The notes under the pieces were generated by a model, which saw nothing but the letters and a program-made list of their open reading frames with translations, did no database searches and was not told where the DNA came from. Below are positions 11,001 to 20,394 of a stretch of DNA of 64,000 bases, piece by piece (the stretch's first letter is position 1; every line of letters begins with the position of its first letter). Both the position numbers and the translations under genes were made by a program. The DNA is from Bacteroidales bacterium (lineage in GTDB: Bacteria; Bacteroidota; Bacteroidia; Bacteroidales; Muribaculaceae): positions 7,302 to 71,301 of the forward strand of contig JAQXRH010000078.1 in the NCBI GenBank assembly GCA_029218425.1, read 5' to 3'.

Positions 11001-11511
11001 GCTCATAGACGGCAACCGCAGTTACTCCGATGTGGCTGAGTATTACACGCCGTCGGCTGACGGGACACCGTCGGGCATCATAGCCTACCAGCTGCCCGAG
11101 CTACAGGAGGGAGCGCACACGTTGCGCCTGCGCATATGGGACACGTCGGACAATTCGACGAGCGAGACGATAGAGTTCACAGTGTCGGCCGACCGTGCTC
11201 CGGTGGTCTACGACGTGTATTCCGATGCCAATCCGGCGAGCACCGAGGCCAATTTCTACCTGTCGCACGACCGGCCCGACGCGCAATTGGAAGTAACCAT
11301 CAGTGTGTACAACATGCTGGGGCAACCGGTATGGCAATCGGTGACGACAGGGCGCAGCGACATGTATCTTACGAGCCCCGTCACGTGGGACCTATGCGAC
11401 AGAGCCGGCCACCGAGTGATACGAGGCATCTACCTCTATCAAGCATCGATACGCGAGGGCGACACCGTCAGCAACACCCGCACGCGCCGCATAGCCGTCA
11501 CCGGCCGATAA
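8080..11511 (+). CDS. porU: Type IX secretion sortase PorU (peptidase C25)
   Basis: 1143 aa; SKLATGRWVKI N-terminus; FNEFASG; C25 His (FIGHA) and Cys (ATCDF); LMGDPA; C-terminal GIYLY. Confidence 0.9.
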   Translation: MSILYAIKNLRPVIVMILSAIMALSSQEARAFDPSTYAANSKLATGRWVKISVADDGMYMLSNAQLRKMGFNDPSKVHIYGYGGHQLSDILSADTYVDDLPMVQALRTDRGLIFYGEGVVTAETYTGNYVRPKHNAFIEEGYYFVSDVEADDRAIPTEGSGTAANPATTFTDYAFYEKDLVSMAPTGQQYGGEDFLYTPTRKFKFELTDKVEGAQVWLACSFMTTAKSESSITLTANDVALPYAATDAIRATSNDHGNYRGIVTTKSFDVDGEELTVGVTFNRNGTVSAANLDYLSVNYERWLRMPGAQLRFTLRNNQASLDKATGSTVVWDITKPLSIVQMNATLSGSTLRWANDYTNARTYVAFDPTATLPEPTYVGTVANQDIHGEEVPDMVIFSPSAWISEAQRLADFHRENDGISVLVVDQELVFNEFASGSRDVNSFRKMLKMFYDRSATSDRQLKYALFMGRGSYDNRRISTSVKAMTYPLMPLWQSEKGETDIDSYTTDDIFAFLLDDSGSNMASDYLCIGVGRLPITSAGSAKVAVDKIITYSSKMASGTWRNRTLLIADDQDMGVHMDQMEQMWQRMLDNGGDNATHTKLYTDAYPLTGQGYPQARDFMFKTLDEGVAWWAFIGHANTTSLTHEGLLKLTDINNMYLRRWPIFIAATCDFLRWDGNNISAGELMWAHESGGCIAQISANRPVYISENAYMTRALGQHMFTRDADGSRLTIGEIYRRAKNSTKVSNTGAQMSDSNKLRYILMGDPAMRPAMPEHKVVVDRINGIAPGGEEQAIMQARQDVTVEGRVVDSDGATIQGFNGVVATTLYDAEYSITTLANGGSQNGQPVGKHVTFEQHGDRLFAGNDSVKSGQFKVHISMPSSIANNFREATLSMVAKSASGNMVNDYAAGVNREFYVYGSDDSVVDTIPPVIRAIYLNHPSFHSGDQVNTTPMLIAEVADNRGINMNTTGVGHQMNVLIDGNRSYSDVAEYYTPSADGTPSGIIAYQLPELQEGAHTLRLRIWDTSDNSTSETIEFTVSADRAPVVYDVYSDANPASTEANFYLSHDRPDAQLEVTISVYNMLGQPVWQSVTTGRSDMYLTSPVTWDLCDRAGHRVIRGIYLYQASIREGDTVSNTRTRRIAVTGR

Positions 11512-11552
11512 CCCGCGCCCGGGAGCGTTGAGCATGAAGCGATGAATGAGAA

Positions 11553-12458
11553 ATGAGGAATGAAGCTATAATAAACCAAGCGAAGCCATTTGTAAAATGG
11601 GCAGGCGGCAAAGGCGGCTTACTTGACGAAATAGGCAGATCGTTTCCAGCCGACCTGCACCAACGTCGAGAAGTGGTCTATGTAGAGCCATTTGTGGGTG
11701 GCGGCGCCGTGCTATTCCACATATTGCAGAAATATCCCAATATAGCAAAGGCAGTGATCAACGACATCAATGCCGAGCTCACATGCACATACACGGCAGT
11801 AAGAGACGATGTGGAGAGCCTAATTGGCGAGTTGTCGCAAGTGGAGCGAGAGTATCTCGGGCTTGACGATAAGAGCCGCAAGATGTACTATTCAGCCAAG
11901 CGAGAACAGTTCAATAGTGATACAAAAACGGGATTGGAGACCGCCGTGCTGTTTATATTCCTTAATCGTACTTGCTTTAATGGGTTGTACCGCGTCAATG
12001 CCAAGGGGAAATTCAACGTGCCAATAGGGCGTTATGCCAATCCACGCATATGCGATACCGACACGTTGCGAGCCGATTCCGCGCTATTGCAAAAGGTAGA
12101 GATACACAGCGGCGACTTCGAGCAGACAGAAGAATATGCCGGCCATGACGCAATATATTATTTGGATCCGCCATACAGGCCATTGACCAAGACATCGGCG
12201 TTCACATCGTATACCACGGGCGGATTTGACGACATGGAGCAGGAGCGGTTACGCCGGTTCTGCGACCGCATAACCCGATGCGGTGCAACGTTTGTAGCGA
12301 GCAATTCCGATCCACATAATGTCGACGCGACTGATAACTTTTTCGACAGCCTATATGACAAATATACCATCAAGCGTATCATTGCGCCAAGGATGATAAG
12401 CGCCAAAGGTAACGGACGCGGCTCCATTTCAGAGCTACTAATTACAAATATCAAATAG
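11553..12458 (+). CDS. Dam/DpnM-type alpha-class N6-adenine methyltransferase (GATC)
   Basis: KWAGGK, EPFVGGG, FNGLYRVN, DPPY. Confidence 0.93.
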   Translation: MRNEAIINQAKPFVKWAGGKGGLLDEIGRSFPADLHQRREVVYVEPFVGGGAVLFHILQKYPNIAKAVINDINAELTCTYTAVRDDVESLIGELSQVEREYLGLDDKSRKMYYSAKREQFNSDTKTGLETAVLFIFLNRTCFNGLYRVNAKGKFNVPIGRYANPRICDTDTLRADSALLQKVEIHSGDFEQTEEYAGHDAIYYLDPPYRPLTKTSAFTSYTTGGFDDMEQERLRRFCDRITRCGATFVASNSDPHNVDATDNFFDSLYDKYTIKRIIAPRMISAKGNGRGSISELLITNIK

Positions 12459-12459
12459 C

Positions 12460-13317
12460 ATGAGAGACTTCAACCGTTGGATAGCAAATTTTCGTCCATC
12501 AATTGCCAACTATGAATACTACGTAGACTTCAAGAAAGTATTCAGCAATGTTGATGAGCTAAGGATTCCGCTCAACATATTAAACTCGCTTATCGGTTCG
12601 AAAGATATCGAATCAGATTTTAAAAAGGTAGCAACGGCCTATCCTGAGACCTTGCGGTGCATACCGATCTTACTTGCCAAGCGAGAGAATGAGATAATGG
12701 CGATGGATGAAAAAGGGAGCTACACGTATCGTTTTGACAAGCCGAATTACACCATAGACGAGTATGCCACGTTTATGCGCAAGACCGGGCTATTTGATCT
12801 TATAGGGCGTCACATAATAAACAATTTAGTTGATTATGTGACCGGCGTAGAAGTAGGGCTCGACTCCAATGGGCGCAAAAACCGAGGGGGTCACTTAATG
12901 GAGGATTTGGTAGAGAGATATCTCATTAAAGCCGGCTATGAGAAAGGCGTCAGCTACTTTAAAGAGATGTACATCCATGAAATCGAAGAACGATGGGGCA
13001 TTGATTTGTCGGCGATATCCAACAATGGTGATGCCGAAAAGCGATTTGATTTCGTGGTAAAAGGGGATAAAGCCGTCTATGGCATTGAGACCAATTTTTA
13101 CAGTAGTAGCGGGTCGAAGCTTAACGAAACTGCACGCAGTTATAAGACAATAACCCTTGAGGCACGAGGCCTTGACAATTTCAAATTCGTGTGGATAACA
13201 GATGGGCAAGGGTGGTATAAGGCGAAGAACAATCTGAAAGAGACGTTTGACGTGCTTGAGCACCTGTATAGCATCACCGATTTGGAGAATGGAATAATCA
13301 AAAAGATAATCAACTGA
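12460..13317 (+). CDS. DpnII/MboI-family type II restriction endonuclease
   Basis: GVEVGLDSNGRKNRGG, KRFDFV, IETNFY, GSKLNETARSY, FVWITDG. Confidence 0.93.
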   Translation: MRDFNRWIANFRPSIANYEYYVDFKKVFSNVDELRIPLNILNSLIGSKDIESDFKKVATAYPETLRCIPILLAKRENEIMAMDEKGSYTYRFDKPNYTIDEYATFMRKTGLFDLIGRHIINNLVDYVTGVEVGLDSNGRKNRGGHLMEDLVERYLIKAGYEKGVSYFKEMYIHEIEERWGIDLSAISNNGDAEKRFDFVVKGDKAVYGIETNFYSSSGSKLNETARSYKTITLEARGLDNFKFVWITDGQGWYKAKNNLKETFDVLEHLYSITDLENGIIKKIIN

Positions 13318-14201
13318 TGCCGGAAGCCTATTATAAATCAGCCGATAGAGCCTTTACGCTTTTACATGGCAATTGCATTGAAGAATTGGAATCATTTGAT
13401 TTCAAGTTTGACATGATATTTGCCGATCCGCCCTATCATCTTTCCAATGGAGGGATCAGTGTGCAAAGCGGAAAAATTGTATGCGTTGACAAAGGAGAAT
13501 GGGACAAGTCGAGAGGTTATGAGGCGGATTATGATTTCGATAGGCAATGGATATCACGTTGTCGCGACAAGCTAAAAGATAACGGCACAATATGGATAAG
13601 TGGCACATTTCACAACATCTTCACGGTAGCGCGATGCCTTAATGAGCTGCATTTCAAGATATTGAATTGCGTAGTATGGGAAAAGACAAATCCGCCGCCA
13701 AACATGTGTTGTAAATATTTTACACACTCAGCCGAATTTGTCATCTGGGCGCGAAAGGAAAAGAAAGTCAGCCATTATTTCAATTACGAGCTTATGAGAG
13801 CTATTAATGGCGGGACACAGATGCACGACGTGTGGCGATTGCCGGCTATTGCACCGTGGGAAAAATCGTGCGGTAAGCATCCCACGCAAAAGCCGTTGAG
13901 CCTGTTGACGCGCATCATACAGGCATCGACACGCCCCGGGGCGTGGATTTTAGATCCATTTTCAGGGAGCAGCACGACCGGCATTGCCGCCAATCTGCTG
14001 GGAAGGCGATATCTTGGAATAGATAGCGACAAAAGCTATCTGGATATTAGCATAAGCCGACGTGAGGAGCTTGAGAGCGACAAAAAGCGTGCAGAATATA
14101 TTAAGAAGTTGCAGAAGCAGTCAAATCTGATATACGGCGACGAAGATCATAATTGTGCGATGGAAGCCGACGGAGGATATGATTGCGATTTGCCGTTTTA
14201 A
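13317..14201 (+). CDS. Beta-class DNA methyltransferase (DpnA/M2.MboI-like)
   Basis: IFADPPY, HPTQKP, LDPFSGSSTT; start overlaps the endonuclease stop (TGATG). Confidence 0.92.
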   Translation: MPEAYYKSADRAFTLLHGNCIEELESFDFKFDMIFADPPYHLSNGGISVQSGKIVCVDKGEWDKSRGYEADYDFDRQWISRCRDKLKDNGTIWISGTFHNIFTVARCLNELHFKILNCVVWEKTNPPPNMCCKYFTHSAEFVIWARKEKKVSHYFNYELMRAINGGTQMHDVWRLPAIAPWEKSCGKHPTQKPLSLLTRIIQASTRPGAWILDPFSGSSTTGIAANLLGRRYLGIDSDKSYLDISISRREELESDKKRAEYIKKLQKQSNLIYGDEDHNCAMEADGGYDCDLPF

Positions 14202-14333
14202 GATGTTGCCAGAATAGCGAATTGGCCGGGAGCATCGGGCAAGGCGTTGAGCGAGGGGCGGGTCCCGAATTTTTGCCTGATTTTTTTGGGAAAAATTGGT
14301 GAGAAAAATTGGTGGAGAGACAAAAATAATTAG

Positions 14334-14341
14334 TAACTTTG
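14334..14341 (+). promoter_or_regulatory. -7 promoter box upstream of purB
   Basis: TAACTTTG within a 26-mer identical to the ispB promoter. Confidence 0.65.
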
Positions 14342-14438
14342 CGGTGAAAAAATGTTTGAGCACCGGCAGCGATGTCGGGGATGTGATGAATTTTACCGGT
14401 AATGTCTTTTCGATAAAGCAAAAATATATGAATATTAG

Positions 14439-14530
14439 CAATATGCGAGGCTAATATGGTCGTGGATCAAGGCTAATATTAGAGCAACAATATGCGAGGC
14501 TAATATGGCAATGATGCAAAGCTAATACGG
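14439..14530 (+). repeat. Repeat cluster in the purB leader (21-bp direct repeat; 4x GCTAATA)
   Basis: caatatgcgaggctaatatgg at 14439 and 14488. Confidence 0.75.
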
Positions 14531-14618
14531 AAGAATAAGCAGACCAAATCACAGTGCGAGAATAAGAAAAAAGAATAGAAAGTAACTAATTATTAACGGT
14601 TTCAAAGATACGATTCCA

Positions 14619-15962
14619 ATGACACTCAGCCCATTAACCGCCATTTCTCCTATTGACGGCCGCTATCGTTCGAAGACCGAGGCCTTAGACAACTATTTTT
14701 CAGAATACGCATTGATACGCTATCGCGTGCGCGTAGAGGTGGAATACTTCATAGCACTTTGCCGGATCCCATTGCCGGCGTTGTCGGGAGTGGACTCCGA
14801 GGTGTTTGCGCAATTGCGCGGCATCTATGAAGGTTTCAGTATTGCCGATGCTGAGCGCATCAAGGAGATAGAGTCGGTGACCAACCACGATGTCAAGGCA
14901 GTAGAATATTTCCTCAAGGAGCAGTTTGACCGGTTAGGTTTGGAGGCATATAAGGAGTTCATCCATTTCGGGTTGACATCGCAGGATATCAACAACACGT
15001 CGGTGCCGATGTCGATAAAGGAGGCGATCAGGGATGTGTATCGTCCGCAGCTGAGCGAGCTCATAGCGAAGCTTGACGAGCTTGCCGACGAGTGGGCAGA
15101 GATACCGATGCTTGCCAAGACCCACGGGCAGCCGGCGTCGCCGACGCGTTTGGGTAAAGAGATAAGGGTGTTCAGCTACCGTTTGCGTTGCCAGCTCGAT
15201 GCGCTCGACAATGTCAAGATAAGCGGTAAATTTGGTGGTGCTACGGGCAATTTCAATGCCCATCTTGCCGCCTACCCCACCATCAACTGGCAGACGTTCG
15301 CGATAGGATTTTTGCGCGACAGCCTTGGCATAGAGCGAGAGCAGTTTACCACGCAGATATCCAACTACGACAACATGGCGGCCTTGTTTGACGCTATGCG
15401 GCGCATCAATACGATTATCCTCGACCTTGACCGCGACATGTGGATGTACATATCGATGGAATATTTCAAGCAGCGCATCAAGGCAGGCGAGGTAGGGTCG
15501 TCGGCGATGCCCCACAAGGTAAACCCCATTGACTTTGAGAATTCGGAGGGGAACTTAGGGATAGCCGATGCGATACTGTCGCACTTGGCGTCGAAATTGC
15601 CGGTGTCGCGATTGCAACGCGACCTTACCGACTCGACGGTGCTGCGCAATGTGGGAGTGCCTATGGGGCACATGCTCATAGCATTGGCGAGCACGCTCAA
15701 GGGGCTCAACAAGTTGATACTCAACCGTGAGGCGATAGACAAGGACTTGTCGGGGATGTGGAACGTGGTGGCAGAGGGGATACAGACCATACTGCGCCGC
15801 GAGGGATATCCCAAGCCTTACGAGACGTTGAAGGAGCTTACGCGAGTGAATTCGACGGTGACAGCAGAGAGCATATCGGCATTTATAGATACGCTGAAAG
15901 TGAGCGACGAGGTGAAAGCCGAGTTGCACCGTCTCTCGCCGTCGACCTACGTGGGCTATTGA
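14619..15962 (+). CDS. purB: Adenylosuccinate lyase
   Basis: ISPIDGRY, HFGLTSQD, GSSAMPHKVNPIDFENSEGN. Confidence 0.97.
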   Translation: MTLSPLTAISPIDGRYRSKTEALDNYFSEYALIRYRVRVEVEYFIALCRIPLPALSGVDSEVFAQLRGIYEGFSIADAERIKEIESVTNHDVKAVEYFLKEQFDRLGLEAYKEFIHFGLTSQDINNTSVPMSIKEAIRDVYRPQLSELIAKLDELADEWAEIPMLAKTHGQPASPTRLGKEIRVFSYRLRCQLDALDNVKISGKFGGATGNFNAHLAAYPTINWQTFAIGFLRDSLGIEREQFTTQISNYDNMAALFDAMRRINTIILDLDRDMWMYISMEYFKQRIKAGEVGSSAMPHKVNPIDFENSEGNLGIADAILSHLASKLPVSRLQRDLTDSTVLRNVGVPMGHMLIALASTLKGLNKLILNREAIDKDLSGMWNVVAEGIQTILRREGYPKPYETLKELTRVNSTVTAESISAFIDTLKVSDEVKAELHRLSPSTYVGY

Positions 15963-16264
15963 TAGCGCCGGGGAGCGAAAGGCGGGCATGGCGATAAACA
16001 TGGCACTTGAAATCAGCCACATGGCATTTTGAATTATGGCAAACAGCCGCTGAAAGAGCGAAACGAATAATAATCCAACATAAAAACAAACATAAAAAAG
16101 GAGGAATTAAAAAGAGCATAGCAATCTAAAAGATAGATAGAGAGCGTGTCGGCCGGAGCCGCGCATCATCAAATACCATAGGAAACTACGGCTCCATAAC
16201 AACAATCAACGATTGCCGCGAGGCATAAAAAAGTATTAAACAAGCAAAAAGTAAAACAGTAATT

Positions 16265-17869
16265 ATGGATACTAACGAAAAAAGACCACGCCGCCCGCGT
16301 ATCGGCGAGAACAAGGGGATGATCGAAGGCGCAGCCGGAGATAGCCAGCACTATGAGAAAGTAGAATATACCCCCGGCAACTATCAGGAAAACCAAGGGG
16401 GAGAACGCGAAGTGGCACAACCGCGGCAATACCAATACCGCCAGGGTGGCTACAACAATCGCCAAGGAGGCTACAACCAGGGCGGATACAATAACCGCCA
16501 GGGTGGATATAACAACAACCGCCAAGGCGGATACAACAATTATAGACCGCGACCCGACTACAATGGCGAGCAGGCAAAAGTGCCGACAGAGGCCGACGGA
16601 GGAGCTCCGCAAGCAGCAAGCGAAGAGTTTGCCAACCAGCCGCGTCAGCAGGAAGGCGAATACCAGCCCCGCCAGTACAACAACTATAACCAAGGGCGCA
16701 ACTACAACCGCCAGGGCGGGTATAACAACAACCGCCAGGGGGGCTACAATAACAATCGCCAAGGAGGATACAACAATAACCGCCAGGGAGGCTACAACAA
16801 CCGTCAAGGGGGATATAACAACCAAGGCGGATACAACAACAACCGCCAGGGCGGATACAATAATAACCGTCAAGGGGGGTATAATAACAACCGTCAAGGG
16901 GGATATAACAACCAGGGCGGGTATAACAACAACCGCCAAGGAGGCTACAACAATAACCGCCAAGGAGGATATAATAACCGCCAAGGAGGCTATAACAACC
17001 AAGGCGGATATAACAACAATAATCGCCAAGGGGGGTACAACAACCGCCAAGGCGGATACAACAACCGCCAGGGCAACATGCCGCGCCAGGGCAAGAGCTT
17101 CACGCCGCGCCCCAAGCGCATCGAGTATGAAATGCCGATACCCGATCCCAACGAGCAGATAAGATTGAACAAGTTCATGGCCAACGCCGGGATATGTTCG
17201 CGTCGCGAGGCCGACGAGTTTATCACCCAGGGACTTGTGAAGGTCAATGGCAATGTGGTGACCGAGCTTGGGACGAAGATATCGCATTCCGACACCGTAG
17301 AATACGACGACAAGGTAGTGACATTGGAGAACAAGTGCTACATATTGCTCAACAAGCCGAAGGACTGCGTGACCACGAGCGATGATCCCAACGGGCGGCT
17401 TACGGTGCTCGACTTGGTGAAAGGGGCATGCGACGAGCGCATCTACCCCGTAGGGCGTCTTGACCGCAACACCACGGGCGTGCTATTGCTGACCAACGAT
17501 GGTGACCTTGCGTCGAAGCTAACGCATCCCAAATACGTGAAGAAGAAGATATACCACGTGTGGTGCGACAAGGACATATCGGAGGAGGACATGCAGCGTA
17601 TAGCCGACGGCATAGAGCTTGACGACGGGCCAATCCATGCCGATGCCATCTCCTATGCCACCGAGACCGACCGCAACCAGGCCGGCATCGAGATACACTC
17701 AGGCCGCAACCGCATAGTGCGCCGCATCTTCGAGTCGTTGGGCTACCATGTGACTAAACTCGACCGCGTATACTTTGCAGGGCTCACCAAGAAGAATCTG
17801 CCGCGCGGGCGTTGGCGCTACCTGACGCAGGAAGAGGTCAACTACCTGAAAATGGGATCGTTTGAATAA
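16265..17869 (+). CDS. rluB: rRNA pseudouridine synthase (RluB/RsuA family) with long N/Q/G/Y-rich N-terminal repeat region
   Basis: S4 domain RLNKFMANAGICSRR; catalytic GRLD; EIHSGRNRIVRR. Confidence 0.88.
   Translation: MDTNEKRPRRPRIGENKGMIEGAAGDSQHYEKVEYTPGNYQENQGGEREVAQPRQYQYRQGGYNNRQGGYNQGGYNNRQGGYNNNRQGGYNNYRPRPDYNGEQAKVPTEADGGAPQAASEEFANQPRQQEGEYQPRQYNNYNQGRNYNRQGGYNNNRQGGYNNNRQGGYNNNRQGGYNNRQGGYNNQGGYNNNRQGGYNNNRQGGYNNNRQGGYNNQGGYNNNRQGGYNNNRQGGYNNRQGGYNNQGGYNNNNRQGGYNNRQGGYNNRQGNMPRQGKSFTPRPKRIEYEMPIPDPNEQIRLNKFMANAGICSRREADEFITQGLVKVNGNVVTELGTKISHSDTVEYDDKVVTLENKCYILLNKPKDCVTTSDDPNGRLTVLDLVKGACDERIYPVGRLDRNTTGVLLLTNDGDLASKLTHPKYVKKKIYHVWCDKDISEEDMQRIADGIELDDGPIHADAISYATETDRNQAGIEIHSGRNRIVRRIFESLGYHVTKLDRVYFAGLTKKNLPRGRWRYLTQEEVNYLKMGSFE
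16439..17074 (+). repeat. Coding repeat (R)QGGYN(1-4), 21 copies in two blocks
   Basis: 5 copies at about 16439-16540 and 16 copies at about 16709-17074. Confidence 0.95.
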
Positions 17870-17966
17870 TGTAAGCATATCATGATGCCGCAATCGCCGG
17901 TTCTCGGCATGAAGAGCGGGAGCGCAGCGCGAGGGCGGCATCAGCAAAACAACATAAACATCAGCA

Positions 17967-19355
17967 ATGAAAAGGACAAAAATAATCGACCTGTTTGCGG
18001 CCGAGATGATAGGCAAAGAGGTCAGTGTGAAAGGATGGGTCCGCACGCGTCGCGGCAACAAGCATGTGCAGTTTGTGGCGCTCAACGACGGGTCGACAAT
18101 CCGCAACATACAGATAGTGTTTGACCTTTCGAAATTTGACGAGGAGCAGCTCAAGGGCGTGTCGACGGGGTCGTCGATCCATGTCGAGGGGAAGCTTGTA
18201 GAGTCGATGGGTAAGGGACAGACGTGCGAGATACAAGCCGACAGCTTAGAGATATACGGAGGTGCCGACCCGGAGAAATATCCGTTGCAGAAGAAGGGAC
18301 ACACGCTCGAATTTTTGCGAGAGATAGCCCATCTGCGTCCGCGCACCAACACGTTTGGCGCAGTGCTACGCGTCAGGTCGGCGTTAGCTTATGCCATCCA
18401 TAAGTTCTTCCAGGAAAGAGGGTTCTACTATCTACACACTCCGCTCATCACGGCCAGCGACTGCGAAGGCGCCGGAGCGATGTTCCAGGTGACCACGCTC
18501 AACCTTGAGGATCTTCCGCGCACAGAAGAGGGCAAAGTGGACTACACGCAGGACTTTTTCGGTAAGACCACAGCGTTGACCGTATCGGGACAGCTCGAAG
18601 GGGAGCTTGGAGCGACAGCGCTTGGCGCTATCTACACGTTCGGGCCCACGTTCCGAGCTGAGAATTCCAACACGCCCCGCCACCTTGCCGAGTTCTGGAT
18701 GATAGAGCCCGAGGTAGCCTTCAACGATATCACCGACAACATGGAGCTTGCAGAAGACTTCATAAAGTATTGCATAAAATACGCGTTGGACAACTGCCGC
18801 GACGACATAGAGTTCCTCAACGAGATGTATGACAAGGAGCTGATAGGCAGATTGGAGAGCGTATTGAAGAGCGATTTCGTGCGACTCAGTTATACCGAAG
18901 GTGTCAAGATACTCGAAGAGTCGGGCAAGAAGTTTGAGTTCCCCGTGTATTGGGGGGCAGACTTGCAGAGCGAGCATGAACGATACTTAGTGGAGGAGCA
19001 TTTCAAACGTCCGGTAATCTTGACCGACTATCCCAAGGAGATCAAGGCCTTCTATATGAAGCAGAACGAAGATGGTAAGACGGTGCGCGCCATGGACGTG
19101 CTGTTCCCGAAGATCGGCGAGATCATCGGAGGGTCGGAGCGCGAGGAAAGCTACGACAAGTTGATGCAACGTATCGAGGAGCTCAACATACCGATGAAAG
19201 ATATGTGGTGGTATCTGGATACACGCCGATTTGGCACCGTGCCCCACTCCGGCTTCGGCTTGGGTTTCGAGCGTTTGGTACTGTTTGTGACAGGCATGAC
19301 CAACATACGCGACGTGATACCGTTCCCACGCACACCGGGCAATGCCGAGTTCTAA
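17967..19355 (+). CDS. asnS: Asparagine--tRNA ligase
   Basis: [37 protein letters not shown]. Confidence 0.97.
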   Translation: MKRTKIIDLFAAEMIGKEVSVKGWVRTRRGNKHVQFVALNDGSTIRNIQIVFDLSKFDEEQLKGVSTGSSIHVEGKLVESMGKGQTCEIQADSLEIYGGADPEKYPLQKKGHTLEFLREIAHLRPRTNTFGAVLRVRSALAYAIHKFFQERGFYYLHTPLITASDCEGAGAMFQVTTLNLEDLPRTEEGKVDYTQDFFGKTTALTVSGQLEGELGATALGAIYTFGPTFRAENSNTPRHLAEFWMIEPEVAFNDITDNMELAEDFIKYCIKYALDNCRDDIEFLNEMYDKELIGRLESVLKSDFVRLSYTEGVKILEESGKKFEFPVYWGADLQSEHERYLVEEHFKRPVILTDYPKEIKAFYMKQNEDGKTVRAMDVLFPKIGEIIGGSEREESYDKLMQRIEELNIPMKDMWWYLDTRRFGTVPHSGFGLGFERLVLFVTGMTNIRDVIPFPRTPGNAEF

Positions 19356-19556
19356 AGTGAATTTTTGAATATCTATAGTTTATTATAACATAACGACATT
19401 AAGCATACAGATAGATAGGAGGTGGCATATATCAACAGATAATGTGTAAGAAAATATAACAGCCAGCCACGACGCATCGACCCGTCGGAGCAAAATAAAA
19501 TTCGCGCAAAAATGAAAAATGGAGCGAAAAAGTTTTGCCGTGTCGAAAACTATGCT

Positions 19557-19564
19557 TAATTTTG
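19557..19564 (+). promoter_or_regulatory. -7 promoter box upstream of rpsU
   Basis: TAATTTTG with a TTTG about 19 bp upstream. Confidence 0.65.
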
Positions 19565-19627
19565 CCCCGCAAAATGCATAATAAATTGTAAATAAATCAA
19601 AAACAACAATAAAACAAGTTCACAAAA

Positions 19628-19819
19628 ATGATTATCGTACAAGTAAAAGAAGGAGAGAACATCGAAAAAGCGCTTAAGAAATTCAAGCGTAAATATGAGA
19701 AAACTGGCATCGTAAAAGAGCTCCGTAGCCGTCAGGCATTTGAGAAGCCTTCGGTAACCAACCGTAAGAAGATGATGAAGGCCGTATACGTACAGAAGCT
19801 CCGCAGCGTAGAGGAATAA
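19628..19819 (+). CDS. rpsU: 30S ribosomal protein S21
   Basis: 63 aa; VKEGENIEKALKKFKRK...FEKPS. Confidence 0.96.
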   Translation: MIIVQVKEGENIEKALKKFKRKYEKTGIVKELRSRQAFEKPSVTNRKKMMKAVYVQKLRSVEE

Positions 19820-19871
19820 TCATATCCTTCATACTTTCAGATAGTTATGCGTCGCGAGGGATACTTGCGGC

Positions 19872-20216
19872 GGCTATAACGAGATACAGCATCGCCATGC
19901 GACATTGCATGGTGATGCTATTTTATGCGCGGGGCGGAGGTAAATCGGCGGGAAGCGGACGCCAGCGGGGAGAGGGCATGTGTGACCCCGCACACCTCGG
20001 TCGCTGCGCTCCCTCGGCGGACGGGGCTACGAATAATCGGCGTCCTGGGAGGACGCCCCGGGCGGCATCAGAGCGGCGAGGCGGGATTTATCTGGATTTA
20101 TCGAGAATTATCGGGATTTATCGAGAGATAATGGGGCGATGGCGGAGCCGCAAGGCGGTGGGCGGAGCGGCGGGGGCGAGGCTAAAGCCTCTACACAGAA
20201 CCAAGACGGCGGGGCG
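19872..20216 (+). repeat. Composite direct repeat, copy 1 (terminator + REP module A + decamer array + REP module B)
   Basis: Colinear with 23946-24287 from ggctataacgagatacagcat to ccaagacggcggggcg. Confidence 0.9.
19888..19924 (+). terminator. Intrinsic terminator downstream of rpsU
   Basis: agcatcgccatgc-gacatt-gcatggtgatgct followed by atttt. Confidence 0.75.
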
Positions 20217-20394
20217 ATATATGAGGATAATGGATTTTTTGGGTGGGGATGTGTATGATTTTGGCGCATAGGTGTTTTTTGGATGGAGTAACTTTGCAGG
20301 GAATGAGGACATTGACATTTTGGAAGTAATTTTTTGGGTTGGGTGGAGGGGTGGATGGTTGAAGTATAAGGTGAGCCGGAGGCGGCGGGAGGTG

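Noticed and set aside
14431-14530. Mini CRISPR in the purB leader
   Set aside because: Only two 21-bp copies, the spacer shares the same motif, and no cas genes
16439-17074. Possible CRISPR array
   Set aside because: In-frame coding repeats with synonymous variation, no unique spacers and no cas genes
16169-17287. 372-aa hydrophobic antisense ORF
   Set aside because: It is the reverse complement of the QGGYN repeat; shadow ORF
19383-19409. dif-like site (minus strand tgtatgcttaa tgtcg ttatgttataa)
   Set aside because: Central spacer is 5 bp rather than 6, arms are imperfect, and the AT-rich context makes a chance match likely
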